The notes under the pieces are model-generated. The model saw nothing but the letters and a program-made list of their open reading frames with translations, was not told the DNA's origin and searched no databases. Below, in pieces: positions 23,819 to 34,497 of a stretch of DNA of 64,000 nt. The number at the start of each line of letters is the position of its first letter. Within the stretch, counting starts at the first letter, position 1. This DNA comes from Lepidodermella squamata (lineage: Eukaryota > Animalia > Gastrotricha). The stretch lies in assembly GCA_047495785.1 (NCBI GenBank), contig JBLDXI010000019.1:2604001-2668000 (forward strand), read 5' to 3'. The translations under genes and the position numbers were made by a program.

Positions 23819-26600
23819 TCAATTTCGAGTCCGCGACCTCCCATCCATCGGAACGCCATACTTCAGCAACAGCTTTAGTATTTTATCTTCCACAGTTGCA
23901 CTAGCTACAGCTGCTGTTGTAGTGGGTTCCGTTGCTGTAGTAGTCACAGCTGTTGTTGAAGTGGTTCCCTTTGTTGTAGTAGTTACAGCCGCCGTTGAAG
24001 TAGTTCCGGTTGTTTTAGTGGTTACAGTTGCTGTTGTAGGAGTTCCCGTTGTTGCAGTAGTTGCAGCCGCTGTTGAAGTAGTTCCCTTTGTTGTAGAAGT
24101 TACAGTTGCTGCCGAAGTAGTTACCGTCGTTGTAGTGGTTACAGCTGTCGTTGTAGTAGGTGACGTTGTTGTAGTTGTTGTTGGAGCAGCCGTGGTACCG
24201 TAAAGACCAGGGGTAGCCGCCAACTGGCATATACTTCGCAGCAAGGCTGATTGGTTATACCCTATCCAGCCGCCCATATTATCGATCACTTTACTAATCC
24301 GATTCACATCGCTGTCTGCTCTTAAAGCGACCGCTAATTCATTTTGCGTTGGCTCGGGAGTTCCCATGTCATATGCTTGGTTGGCGGAAAGAGTTGTGTT
24401 AGAGTCAGACCAAACCCAAGAGCCAGCTACAAATAATTTATAATACAATAAAGGCTAGTTGAATTCCCAAACGAACTTGATGAGGATCTCCAGATTCCAA
24501 TCCACATATCGGGTAAATTCAACCGGTTAGCGGTGGATCTAGCGAAAATGATCAAATCCTCAGTTTTTGGCGCCCAAGTGACTGATCTATTTGCAGCTGT
24601 GCATTGCGCACCTCGATTTGTAAGAGTATAAGTGCCGTTAAGTAGCAAAAAGCATTTCTCATTGAATTTAACCCAGCCAGATGGGCAGGTCGAGCATGCC
24701 TTTGAATACTCGCATACGTAATGATTCGGGCCCAGGAAACTTGCATTAGGGGTAACAAGCCAATTCGAGCTGGTGAAGTTCAACGTGAAAACAAAGTCAC
24801 GACCTTTGAATGGAGGGGCGAAGAATTTGAGCCATGACATCGAGGATTCAGGGTTGTAGTAACTCCCGTCGGTCATGTTTCGGAAAAATCTAGGGCCGAA
24901 GGACCCACTTGATCCGTCCATCCACTGATAAATACCATCTGAAAGACGATTCATAAAAATATTAAAGAAAATTGCGTCTCTAACCGGGGTCTTCGACGTA
25001 ATTGGCTCGGAAATCACCCCAAGCGCTACTGCCTCCTGATCGCCTGGCCCAATCTTGGAGGCCGATCCAATATTGCCGGGAAGAATCCGCCAAACTTTCG
25101 GCGAAGTAACGTAGCTCTGAAGGAGTATTCGGGACGAAAAAGTGGGCCCCTTGCTCTGTGCACTTTTGAAGAGCTATAAGATAGTGCTCCGAAGCACTTA
25201 TGAACATTTTATTGTTAAGTTGAAAGTTGGGGACAATGGGAATACTTACTTTGATAGAAGGTAGCAGCTGTCCTGGCAAGGGTTGTAAGTATATCCATTA
25301 GGACAATTGACCGAGCTCAGACACATAGTCTGACATTTCTCGCCAGGGTCCGGAAATTGAGTAGCCGTTGCCGTAGTACCAGCATTGGTTGTTGTATTGT
25401 ATCGCTGTGTTGCAGGCATTTGGCAACCAGCAGAAAATATACCATTGGCAGTTATAATTGTTCGCCACAATCCAGACAAATCAGCCAAATTTGCCACGGA
25501 AGAGAATGCCTTGGAGTCCGCAGCTACCCTTGTTGCATCCTCCTCGAAATCGCTCGGTTCGTCTTTCTTCATGTCGACTGGATCTGTCGGCAGAATGGTA
25601 TCGTTCTTGTCGAGCCAGAGAAATGTACGCGCTGCAGAACATAAAGAGACGAGTAATTTTAGATTAGAACGAATAAAGCTTACCATTCAAATCCCGCCAA
25701 ACACCAATGAGTGTTTGGAGACCTGACCGCTTAATTTGAGTTCTCACAAATATATCGACCGATTCAGTTCTAGGAGTCCACAGCGTTCCTTCAGCGTGGA
25801 AAGATCTGCAATAGTTGTGCTGCTCCCACAATGTCGCATCGATCCCGTTGTTGACGAGGTAGCATTTGTCAAGATATTTCACCCAGCCAGTAACCGGACA
25901 AGTTGCGCAAGCTTTCGAGTATTCACAAATGTAGTTCCTCACAGAGCTAAATGAGTTTTCGAAGTTAGCAACCCATCTCTGAGATTGATAATCAACGTAA
26001 ACCGCGAAGTGGCTTAAGGTTGGCGATTGTTTGAAGGGCAGCCAAGGTTTCGAAGGATCTGTGGAATTCGTTAACCAATTTGGACCCATCGCTGGGGTAG
26101 AATCATCCATCCATTGAAATATTCCATCTTGAAAATTAAATGCTCACAGTATTTCTCAGAAATCTGCTGTAACTTACCGGGGTCTGTTATGTAGTTCGTG
26201 CTGTTCTCGCCGATGGTCCAGTTTCCGTTTCCGGCGGATCGACGAGCCCAATCTTGTAAGCCGATGTAGTACTTGAAAGACGTATCCAGCTTCGAAGTCA
26301 CAGATTGCCATTCCGCCAGCGAGTTTGGCACGAAGAAGTGACCCCCGGCTGTGTTACATTCGAGCAAATCCACCATGTATTGACTTGAATTTCTGGAATA
26401 AAAAACATTCGTTTTTTTATAATTGAGACAGTTTTTAGCTACCTCGAAATAAGATAGCAACTGTCATAGCAGGCGTCGTAATAGAAATTTGAAGGGCAAA
26501 TCTGATTCTGCGAAAGAGAACATGCAGGACTGCAAGAAGGATCGCCATTGACGGAAGCCACGATAAAGCCGCAAAGAGCAAGTAATTTTGCGCTCATCAT
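23819..26600 (-). CDS. Secreted 4xCTLD protein with Thr-rich stalk and C-terminal tag, copy E (multi-exon)
   Basis: First exon MMSAKLLALCGFIVASVNGDPSCSPAC...CYDSCYL read by eye. Later exons lie in ORFs 26071-26460, 25664-26110, 25246-25686, 24980-25279, 24427-25017 and 23819-24448. The protein ends EDKILKLLLKYGVPMDGRSRTRN*. Confidence 0.88.
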
Positions 26601-27141
26601 TACCGGACGCGACGAATATGTTAGGTTAGATAATTTGAATAAGTTAGAACACCTATTGCCATTCGACTTTGCAAACGCTCAATTGTGATCAATAATTTAC
26701 GTTATATTATGGTGACTATTTAGCTTACTAATTCAGTATTGACGGAAATGCAGGCATGTTTACCTAAAGAATATCGACAACTGACTTATGAATGTTCCAA
26801 TGTTGCAGCGCCCTGGCATAATCAATCGTTTCCGTGCTAGAATAATTAAGGCTTAAAGACTACTGAACGAATTGACAAATTGCTTTTTGCTATTATTCGC
26901 TATTAGCAATGGTTATGCAACAGTTTCATCGTAAAAATGCAGTCACATTTACCGCATCGCCTAAAATGTAAACTCGGGCATGTAACGTTCCGGGTGACCT
27001 ATGGAGGCTACTATTAAATGGTGGGCTTATGCGGTATGGAACATTTGAAACTGACATTTATTCTCACTTTACTGTCTTCAGGGTTGATCAGGGTTTATCG
27101 AAAGGTCAGGATCTAAAACTGCAAAGTTTACTCTATCCTAA

Positions 27142-27882
27142 TGTATAGCTGCGAAACGAGGGTCCGAAAATCAGACCAGGAGACTATACGCCAAGACAGG
27201 CACTAGACTAGCTTCGGAGATTTGTTTATTTATTGTTTACGGTACTGCCCGAAAATAGTCAGCCTCTTATAAATGTCAGAGGTTAGAGGTCGTTCGAAAT
27301 AATAAATGTCAGGTCAGCAAGAATGAGATGATGACGCCTCTTCGGCCACATTCTACGTCTACCGGCGACGACACCAGCGCAAGCTGCGATGGCCCTGTAT
27401 TTCCGAATCGGTGGCCAGCCCTACCTAGGCCGAGGCCTGACCACACTGCCAAAAGGGCTTGCCAAGAAAATAAGGGAAGCGCACAATCACCTGTAAATAA
27501 CATATGAAGACCACAACTACGGGAAGCATTGGTACCCAGATGTGACTAGTGCAAAAGACATGCGGCGATGCTCCAAAATCTCGCCAGCGACCACAACGGA
27601 TGGCGGCGACTGACTGCCCGAATTTGTGCCTCCGCGTTGAAGGCCGCGAAACCCTCGCAAAGCGTGTAAAGCCGTAATCATCATCATTATCATCATTACT
27701 GTCTTCATTGAGCAGGTTGCGCCAACACCCCTTAAGATTTGTCTGTGCTCAGGATGCGGTCTCCGTGGACGCCGCTCTCTTATTTTCCTTATCACACGGC
27801 CTATAGAGGTCATTGTTGCACTCAGCGGCGTAATTCATAATCTGCTGAAGTTGCTTCATAGACCGTCGGACGTGATGTTACA
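27142..27882 (-). mobile_element. Possible solo LTR
   Basis: TGTA...TACA termini. On the minus strand a TATA-like TTTATAAG (~27270) precedes AATAAA (~27230) near the 3' end. No TSD seen. Confidence 0.3.
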
Positions 27883-28415
27883 TCCCGGGCTACTGTAATA
27901 TGAGAGTGAGCCTATGTCGTCATTTAGCATTTAGCTGGACCACTAAATAAGGGTGGACTTCAGGCGAAATACGGTATTTCTATTATGACAAATTTTAACG
28001 AAAATATCTGGCCACATACTTGTTCTAATTAAGGGGAGATTTTTTCGGCCTCGATGTTAGCTGAACTCTAATGCTGGAACTCTTAGCTGGAAATCGGTTT
28101 TCTCAGTGCTGTAGAAGGCTGAAAACCTGTGCGCCTCAACTTCCTGGTCACACATCCACATCATCTGGCAATGAAATTATACCGGCTATTGTTAGCCTAT
28201 TGTTAGCATCGAAGATGTGTGCCTCCACCCCGCCTTTGTTGACATACCAATTCTCACCTGTCAGGCTGCAAACAACGGGGACAGAAACGCAAACAAACCA
28301 AATACTGCCACGCGAACGCGTTTACACACACACATTCGAGCCCTAAAAACTGGAATAATAAACAAAAAAATTGCTTTGATTCTAGATTCCACGCCAATTA
28401 TTCTAGAAACTAGAA

Positions 28416-29195
28416 ATGACTTTGATCCAAACAATCATCGTAACATTTTTGCCTTTAATTTGCTCAGCTGTGTGGCAGCCTAAACCCGGCACGACATGGC
28501 AGTGGCAGCTGCAGGGTCGAGTCAATACCAGTCTAAACGTTACAATGTACGACATCGATCTCGACGTCTCCCAGTCGACGATCGACTCGCTCCACCAGAA
28601 GGGCAAAATCGTTATTTGCTACTTTTGCGCCGGCACATACGAGACGTATCGTGATGACAAGGATAACTTCCCTCGCGAAGTCATCGGCCAAGTCGCAGAC
28701 GGCTATCCGGATGAGTATTGGCTTGATATTCGCAGCGAAAAACTGAAGCCAGCGATTTTGGCCCGGCTAGATAAAGCAGTTCAGAAGAAGTGCGACGGCG
28801 TAGAACCGGATAATGTCGATTCGGTTCAGGCAAACAGCGGATTCCCAATCACCTCCGCAGACCAGCTTGCCTTTAACAAATGGCTAGCAACAGAGGCTCA
28901 TAAACGCAATTTGAGCGTTGGTCTGAAGAACGATGCTTTTCAAATCAAGGAGTTGCTGCCGTATTTCGACTGGGCTCTTGTTGAGTCTTGTCGCCAGTTT
29001 AACTCTTGCAGGTATTGGGACCAAGTTTTAGCAGCTGGGAAGGCTGTTTTCGGGGTCGAATATCGCAGAAGCCAGAAACCTTCCAATTTTTGTGACTCTA
29101 TGAACCAAAAGGGTTTTAGCTTCCTGAAAAAGCGGCCCGATCTCGATGGACCGCGGGCAGACTGCCGTGATCCGTCAACATGGAACAACTTGTAA
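28416..29195 (+). CDS. Secreted glycoside hydrolase family 114 (endo-alpha-1,4-polygalactosaminidase, Ega3-like)
   Basis: Signal peptide, WQP.PGTTWQWQL, YDIDL, ICYF.AG.YE.YR.D, WLDIR, CDGVEPDNVD, VGLKND, FDWALVE.C and VFGVEY. Intronless. Confidence 0.9.
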   Translation: MTLIQTIIVTFLPLICSAVWQPKPGTTWQWQLQGRVNTSLNVTMYDIDLDVSQSTIDSLHQKGKIVICYFCAGTYETYRDDKDNFPREVIGQVADGYPDEYWLDIRSEKLKPAILARLDKAVQKKCDGVEPDNVDSVQANSGFPITSADQLAFNKWLATEAHKRNLSVGLKNDAFQIKELLPYFDWALVESCRQFNSCRYWDQVLAAGKAVFGVEYRRSQKPSNFCDSMNQKGFSFLKKRPDLDGPRADCRDPSTWNNL

Positions 29196-29432
29196 ATTGT
29201 CCATTATATCGCAAATTAGCTGCTGAAAAAATGTCCCGGCTTTTTAATGAGGCAATGGCGTCAAATTATCACATAAAAATGAGAACGTGACACGTGTTTA
29301 ACCAGTCCAATTACCGCTTCGCACTTCATCGAGTCCTTATTAATTGTGTTTATAACAGGCAAACAATGGCCAGAAGGGCGCTTATTTCACACTTATTCTC
29401 ACTTTTTACCTCTTGCTGGTAACGCCGAATTT

Positions 29433-30218
29433 ATGGATACCGTTTTTCGGGTATTTTTCCAAATTTTATCTCTGGCTAGCGTTTTAGGGTTGTACCAACC
29501 TCAGCCCGGGACTACCTTCCACATCCAGCTGTCTGGGAATTTGAACACTCGAGTTCAGGCCGTGGTTTACATCGTCGATTTAGATACCACCCAGCATGGC
29601 ACGATTGTTAAATTGCAAGAAACCCATCGCCGCGTAATTTGCCGGTTTTCTGGTGGAACGTATGAAGAATGGCGGCAGGATACGTATGTCTTCCCTCGGA
29701 AAGCAATTGGAGCTTTTCATCACAAATATCCAGATGTTCGTTGGTTGAATATTCGGAACTACGGCCTCAAACACGTCATGACTGATCGATTGGACAGGGC
29801 TGTGGACAAAGAATGCGATGGAGTTCTAATCTATGATTTGGATGGCTATCTGAATTACAACGGCTTCGAACTTACTTATGAGGACCAGTTGGAGTACAAC
29901 ATTTGGCTGGCAAATCAGGCCCATTCCCGAAATCTTACTGTTGGTATTCAAAACAGCATGGAACAAATACTGGAGTTGGTCGATTTCTATGATTTCACGT
30001 TCAATGACATGTGTCTGGAGTTCAAAGTCTGCGATCAGCTTTACTCGTTCGTCTCGGCTGGTAAGGCAGTTTTCGGCGCTGAGCTGCGGCCGAAGGCTTT
30101 GCCGGATAAATTTTGTTCTCTTATGAATTTGCGGGGCTTCAGTTGGCAGAAGAAGTTTCCTAACTACAACACTAGCCGGGCGGACTGCCAAGACAAATCT
30201 ACTTGGGACGAGGTGTGA
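29433..30218 (+). CDS. Secreted GH114 paralogue with altered active-site motif
   Basis: Probable ATG at 29433 (MDTVFRVFFQILSLASVLG, signal peptide). It is colinear with the upstream GH114, but CDGVEPDNVD reads CDGVLIYDLD. Intronless. Confidence 0.85.
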   Translation: MDTVFRVFFQILSLASVLGLYQPQPGTTFHIQLSGNLNTRVQAVVYIVDLDTTQHGTIVKLQETHRRVICRFSGGTYEEWRQDTYVFPRKAIGAFHHKYPDVRWLNIRNYGLKHVMTDRLDRAVDKECDGVLIYDLDGYLNYNGFELTYEDQLEYNIWLANQAHSRNLTVGIQNSMEQILELVDFYDFTFNDMCLEFKVCDQLYSFVSAGKAVFGAELRPKALPDKFCSLMNLRGFSWQKKFPNYNTSRADCQDKSTWDEV

Positions 30219-30508
30219 TAAAGTCAGCTAATTATTGTTTACTCATACAAAATTGAGAGGAGCATCGAATTGACATATTATTCAGTGCACAATTAACGTA
30301 CTACCTTACGGAGAATATTATAGTTCAAAGATTAATTGCTTTACTTTAAAATGTGCAAGCTGTTTTTAACTGCGTGAATGTAAGTCATTAAAAATACCAG
30401 GCTATTTTCACAGACTTACTGATGAAAAGTTTCTTCAACACGAAAAGAACTTTTCTTTAATCTTTAAAATACGTAAATAAATCAATTTCATTCGAATTAA
30501 CCATTCGT

Positions 30509-31594
30509 TTATTTTAAAAATTCGTCAAGATCTATTTCAGACCAATCGAGCGTCAAAGACGGCCTTGTTACCTTGGCAAAAAAGTCGTCCCAAAATAGTT
30601 GTTCGCCGAGCCATGGGAGGCGGTGGTTATTCAATAGGCGGGCGTTTGACGTGCTAATGGCCTCAAGCAGGGCCGCAGAGACGATGTAGTAATTTACTTT
30701 ACCCGTGAAACCAGCGTAATCAAGTTCCCCATCCATATAATCGCGAATAATCTGCTGAGTCCTTCCGAAGATTGGCTGCTGTTCTTCTTCCGATAAATCC
30801 TTGTAAGAAACAAATGCGCCATGGTCTTTCACGGTTTCGGCATCAATGCTGATGTCAAATTTCGACCGCACAAACATCACAGGAATGTTCAGTTTCAAAG
30901 CATTCCGTGCGAGTTCTATGTCTGTCACTTGAACGCGATTCCCAACAACAATGATGATAGCACTCATCAAAAATAAAAAATTGTTCCTGAAGTAATTTTC
31001 CAGATGGTAATTTTTTGTACAAGCGCCAGGAAAATCCCACAAAACAATCGAATCCATTTGCTTGTAGATATGCTTTTCCACTTCGTTCTTGCCCTGGACG
31101 ATATCAACTGCTACCTTATTTCCACCGAGGATAGCGTTGATCAAGCTGGATTTGCCATTCCCAGCCACACCGATGAATGCAAAATTGAATTTTTTATGGT
31201 CAAGACCGTACCTATTTGCTTCGTCCAAGACGCTTTTTATCAATTCCTGCCTTCTTCGCTCGACCTCTTGCCTTCCGCGAAACATTGTTTCAAGATCAAT
31301 TTTCAACTGGATCAACTGGTCGATTAACACCCTTTCGGCTGTTTCGCGATTATCTACCATTCTGGCTGCTTCTTTTCCACCAGTTGATACTTTGCAGCGC
31401 TGACGGCTGTATTTAACATGGTCAACGATGTCATCAATTGTTTTGGAAATACGTTTCGCGGCTTCATCGGTCAGAGGCACCATGATTGGCTGTGTTGTTG
31501 GAGAGTTTCCGGCTGACGTATGCGCGGTACAACCTACTGCCGCTGTGACATTATCGCGACAATTTTTCTGAGTAGGTCTTGAATTTGGATCCAT
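30509..31594 (-). CDS. IRG/IIGP-like (immunity-related) GTPase, copy 1
   Basis: G1 NFAFIGVAGNGKSSLINAILG, G3 VLWDFPG, G4 FVRSKFD, plus YIVSA. Intronless. Confidence 0.85.
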   Translation of the reverse strand: MDPNSRPTQKNCRDNVTAAVGCTAHTSAGNSPTTQPIMVPLTDEAAKRISKTIDDIVDHVKYSRQRCKVSTGGKEAARMVDNRETAERVLIDQLIQLKIDLETMFRGRQEVERRRQELIKSVLDEANRYGLDHKKFNFAFIGVAGNGKSSLINAILGGNKVAVDIVQGKNEVEKHIYKQMDSIVLWDFPGACTKNYHLENYFRNNFLFLMSAIIIVVGNRVQVTDIELARNALKLNIPVMFVRSKFDISIDAETVKDHGAFVSYKDLSEEEQQPIFGRTQQIIRDYMDGELDYAGFTGKVNYYIVSAALLEAISTSNARLLNNHRLPWLGEQLFWDDFFAKVTRPSLTLDWSEIDLDEFLK

Positions 31595-31676
31595 TTTATA
31601 ATAAAAACCTAGCGTTATGTTATTACAAAATAATTAACTTGGGTTAGCTAAATATAATGGATGCAACATTTCGGCC

Positions 31677-32177
31677 AATAATCCGAACCCCAGCAATGCG
31701 GACAGCGGGCTAGTCCGGACGATTTCAGGGCGACGGACAGAGTTAACGTTATAACATGCGGACGTCGCGCTCGTTAAGGCGGGCAGCCTCTTAATGCGGA
31801 CAGCCTATTAATGCGGACGCAGGCTAATACGGCCAGGTTTCTAGCTACAGTCGCACTATCCATACCACCAAGAATCTAGTCAATGGGGACACCGCGGACA
31901 CCCCCAACTCCATGTCTCCGAGTGGGTTCTGGATATGGTCCCAAATCTTCGCTTACTCAGCCTCAAATTGCAAATTATGTTTGAAAACCACTGAAATCCA
32001 ATTAAAGAGCGCGCTAATTAGAAAAGCAACCAGTAACTGCGCGTAAAAGGGGGCTGTCCGCTGATGCCGTTTCAAGAGGCCCCTCGGAATACAGGGGATC
32101 GCCCAATGCGGACAGCGCGCTAATGCGGACAAATTTTCCGCGACCGATGGTGTCCGGATTATACAGCTTCTACTGTA
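31677..32177. mobile_element. Degenerate pogo/Tigger-type MITE
   Basis: Right end ...GTCCGGATTATACAGCTTCTACTGTA (CAGT-type terminus plus TA), repeated AATGCGGAC motifs, and a truncated left end ATAATCCGAAC. Confidence 0.5.
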
Positions 32178-32830
32178 ATAAAGTATGCGGCATACTTTTT
32201 TTTAAACTTTAAAACTCAACAGCTTTTTTATTTCTCGGAATATTTTAACAAACCTTATATCAATTTGTAGCCCTGGTCTTAGGAATTTTTCTGCAGGTGA
32301 AATTTTTGAAAACGGACGAGGGAGTCAATAGTAATCGTTAAACGAATGAATTGCGTAACGAATGAAAGCTCATTATTTTCCAGCCAGAACAAAAATAGCT
32401 ATGAATTTCGGCCAAAAATCATAGTGCTTCTCGCGTTAAAGAAGTTCGATTTTGTGATATGCGCGTTTGATGATATCACGCGATTCTCGTATGTTTGTTT
32501 CAATAAATTCCAACGGCCGATTGATCTACCAAAGCAGAGCTACATTTCGATATAAAGTTTGCCACAAGATTCTTCGAAATATGAAAACTGCAGCTTGCTG
32601 AAATTCGTCTTGAAAACAAATTTTCAAAATAGCAATTTTTCCGAAAACATGCAGTTCACACTTTTAACGATTGTGTTATTGACTCCCTCGTCCGTTTTCA
32701 AAAATTCCACCTACAGAAAAATTCCTAAAACTTGGGCTTCAAATTGATATAAGGTTTGTTAAAATATTCCGAGAAATAAAAAAGCTGTTGAGTTTTAAAG
32801 TTTAAAAAAAAAGTATGCCGCATACTTTAT
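32178..32830. mobile_element. Long-TIR non-autonomous DNA transposon (MITE)
   Basis: Inverted repeats of about 175 bp begin ATAAAGTATGCGGCATAC and end GTATGCCGCATACTTTAT; the outer ~90 bp are near perfect. A lone diverged arm occurs at 48932-49110. Confidence 0.85.
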
Positions 32831-33237
32831 GGTAGATTGATTCTTATTTAATATTTGTGACGGGGTGTGACAAAGGCAGCAGTTTTGTTGTTTATTGATG
32901 AAAAATCAAGCACAGCGATGAATTTGCCCATAATTCAGTAATTTATAGCTGAGGTTAATTAATCTGATCCGTGGAAAGTTATAATTTGGAAATTTGATCT
33001 CTACATTCAGCAGATAAGTAAACTGCAACGAATTTTATAGTTTGAAGACTAATTCTATCTATGCACATCATGCTTTTACTTAAATAATGAGCTTGAATAG
33101 AGAATAAAAGGATTAGAATATTTTCGCTAGTTTTGCAGCATCACTGGTGAAACGTTCGTTTGATAGGAACTACGAACTACGAATAAATAAAGTTAGGGAA
33201 GAAATCAATTTTACGAGGGTCGCCCATTTGCCAATGT

Positions 33238-34497
33238 TCAGAATTCGTCTAGATTAATTTGAGTCCAATCGAGCGTCGTAGGCTTACTTGTAACCTTGGC
33301 AAAAAAGTCGTCCCTAAAACGTCGTTCATCGAGCCATGGAAGGCGCGGGTTATCCAAAAACCGTGTGTTAGACTGGCTAATGGCCTCCACCAGGTGCGAG
33401 GTGACGATATAGAAAGGTACTTCATGCATTAAACCAGTGCCTTCAAGTTCTTCATCCATGTAATCACGAATAACCTGTAGCGATCTTTCGAAGATCGGCT
33501 TTTGCTGTTCTTCCGATAAATCCTTGTAAGAAACAAATGCGCCATGGTCTTTCACGGTTTCGGCACCAATGCTGATGTCAAATTTCGACCGCACAAACAT
33601 CACAGGAATGTTCAGTTTCAAAGCATTCCGTGCGAGTTCTATGTCTGTCACTTGAACGCGATTCCCAACAACAATGATGATAGCACTCATCAAAAATAAA
33701 AAATTGTCCCTGAAGTAATTTTCCATAGGTTGATCTCTTGTGCAAGCGCCAGGAAAATCCCACAAAACAATCGAATCCATTTGCTTGTAGATATGCTTTT
33801 CCACTTCGTACTGGCCTTGGACGATATCAACTTGTGCCACTTTTTCACCGAGAATAGCGTTGATTAAGCTGGATTTGCCATTCCCAGCCACACCGATGAA
33901 TGCAAAATTGAATTTTTTACGGTCAAGACCGTACCTATTTGCTTTGTCCAAGATTCTTGTTATCAATTCCTGCCTTCTCCGCTCGGCCTCCTCGGCCTCT
34001 TGCTTTTCGCGAATCTTGACCTCTTCTTCAATTTTCAACTTGATTAGGTCCAGCTCTGCCTCTAGACGAGCTATCTCAGCATTTTGTGCTGCTTCGTCTT
34101 GAGCATTCGACCGTTTACTGTAGTCTATGATGGCCTTGGCGATTTTGGTAGCGCCCTGCAATAGAGCAGGAATAGATTTTGCGGCTTCCTGGACCACAGG
34201 AACCCATGCGGACCCGTCTGTTGTTGAGCTCGTTGAAGGGTTTTCGTCGGCCTCACTTGAACTTGACTCTGTTTTCACTTGGGAACTTCCACTATTCCGT
34301 GAAACCGAAAGACCAGGTTCTTGATTGAGGCTTTCGGAGCTCCTCGAGATATTCAACTCATCTCGCGTAGGCTGGGGTTTCGGTGGAAGTAAAGCCGGCG
34401 TGAGCCTAAGCTGTTCAGGGACATCCATTGTATGCCGAAAAAAATATGCGCTAACTGGTAGTGGAGCAGATGGTAACGGAGGATTCCTTTGTGACAT
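33238..34497 (-). CDS. IRG/IIGP-like GTPase, copy 2, with Pro/Ser-rich N-terminus and coiled coil
   Basis: Same G1/G3/G4 motifs as copy 1, with a different N-terminal region. Intronless. Confidence 0.85.
   Translation of the reverse strand: MSQRNPPLPSAPLPVSAYFFRHTMDVPEQLRLTPALLPPKPQPTRDELNISRSSESLNQEPGLSVSRNSGSSQVKTESSSSEADENPSTSSTTDGSAWVPVVQEAAKSIPALLQGATKIAKAIIDYSKRSNAQDEAAQNAEIARLEAELDLIKLKIEEEVKIREKQEAEEAERRRQELITRILDKANRYGLDRKKFNFAFIGVAGNGKSSLINAILGEKVAQVDIVQGQYEVEKHIYKQMDSIVLWDFPGACTRDQPMENYFRDNFLFLMSAIIIVVGNRVQVTDIELARNALKLNIPVMFVRSKFDISIGAETVKDHGAFVSYKDLSEEQQKPIFERSLQVIRDYMDEELEGTGLMHEVPFYIVTSHLVEAISQSNTRFLDNPRLPWLDERRFRDDFFAKVTSKPTTLDWTQINLDEF

Noticed and set aside
15564-23895. Resemblance of the tag ILKLLLKYGV to the second helix of an ankyrin repeat
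   Set aside because: There is no TPLH helix and no tandem repeats, and the proteins are secreted. It is treated as a separate motif, though a remote origin is not excluded.
3810-24203. Val-rich plus-strand ORFs (3810-4241, 7968-8315, 15403-16134, 21212-21445, 22827-23123, 23730-24203)
   Set aside because: These are antisense shadows of Thr-rich (ACN) stalk codons, with no independent evidence of coding.
28416-30218. Bacterial or fungal contamination as the source of the GH114 and CBM1 genes
   Set aside because: The genes are contiguous with spliceosomal-intron genes and have similar composition, and the CBM1 genes share the C-terminal tag with the resident lectins. Read-level confirmation is still advisable.
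32000-32060. Similarity of GCGCTAATTA...AACTGCG..TAAAA.GGGGCTGT to the Harbinger left junction (9498-9560)
   Set aside because: The match is short and gapped, has no matching right end, and could be chance.
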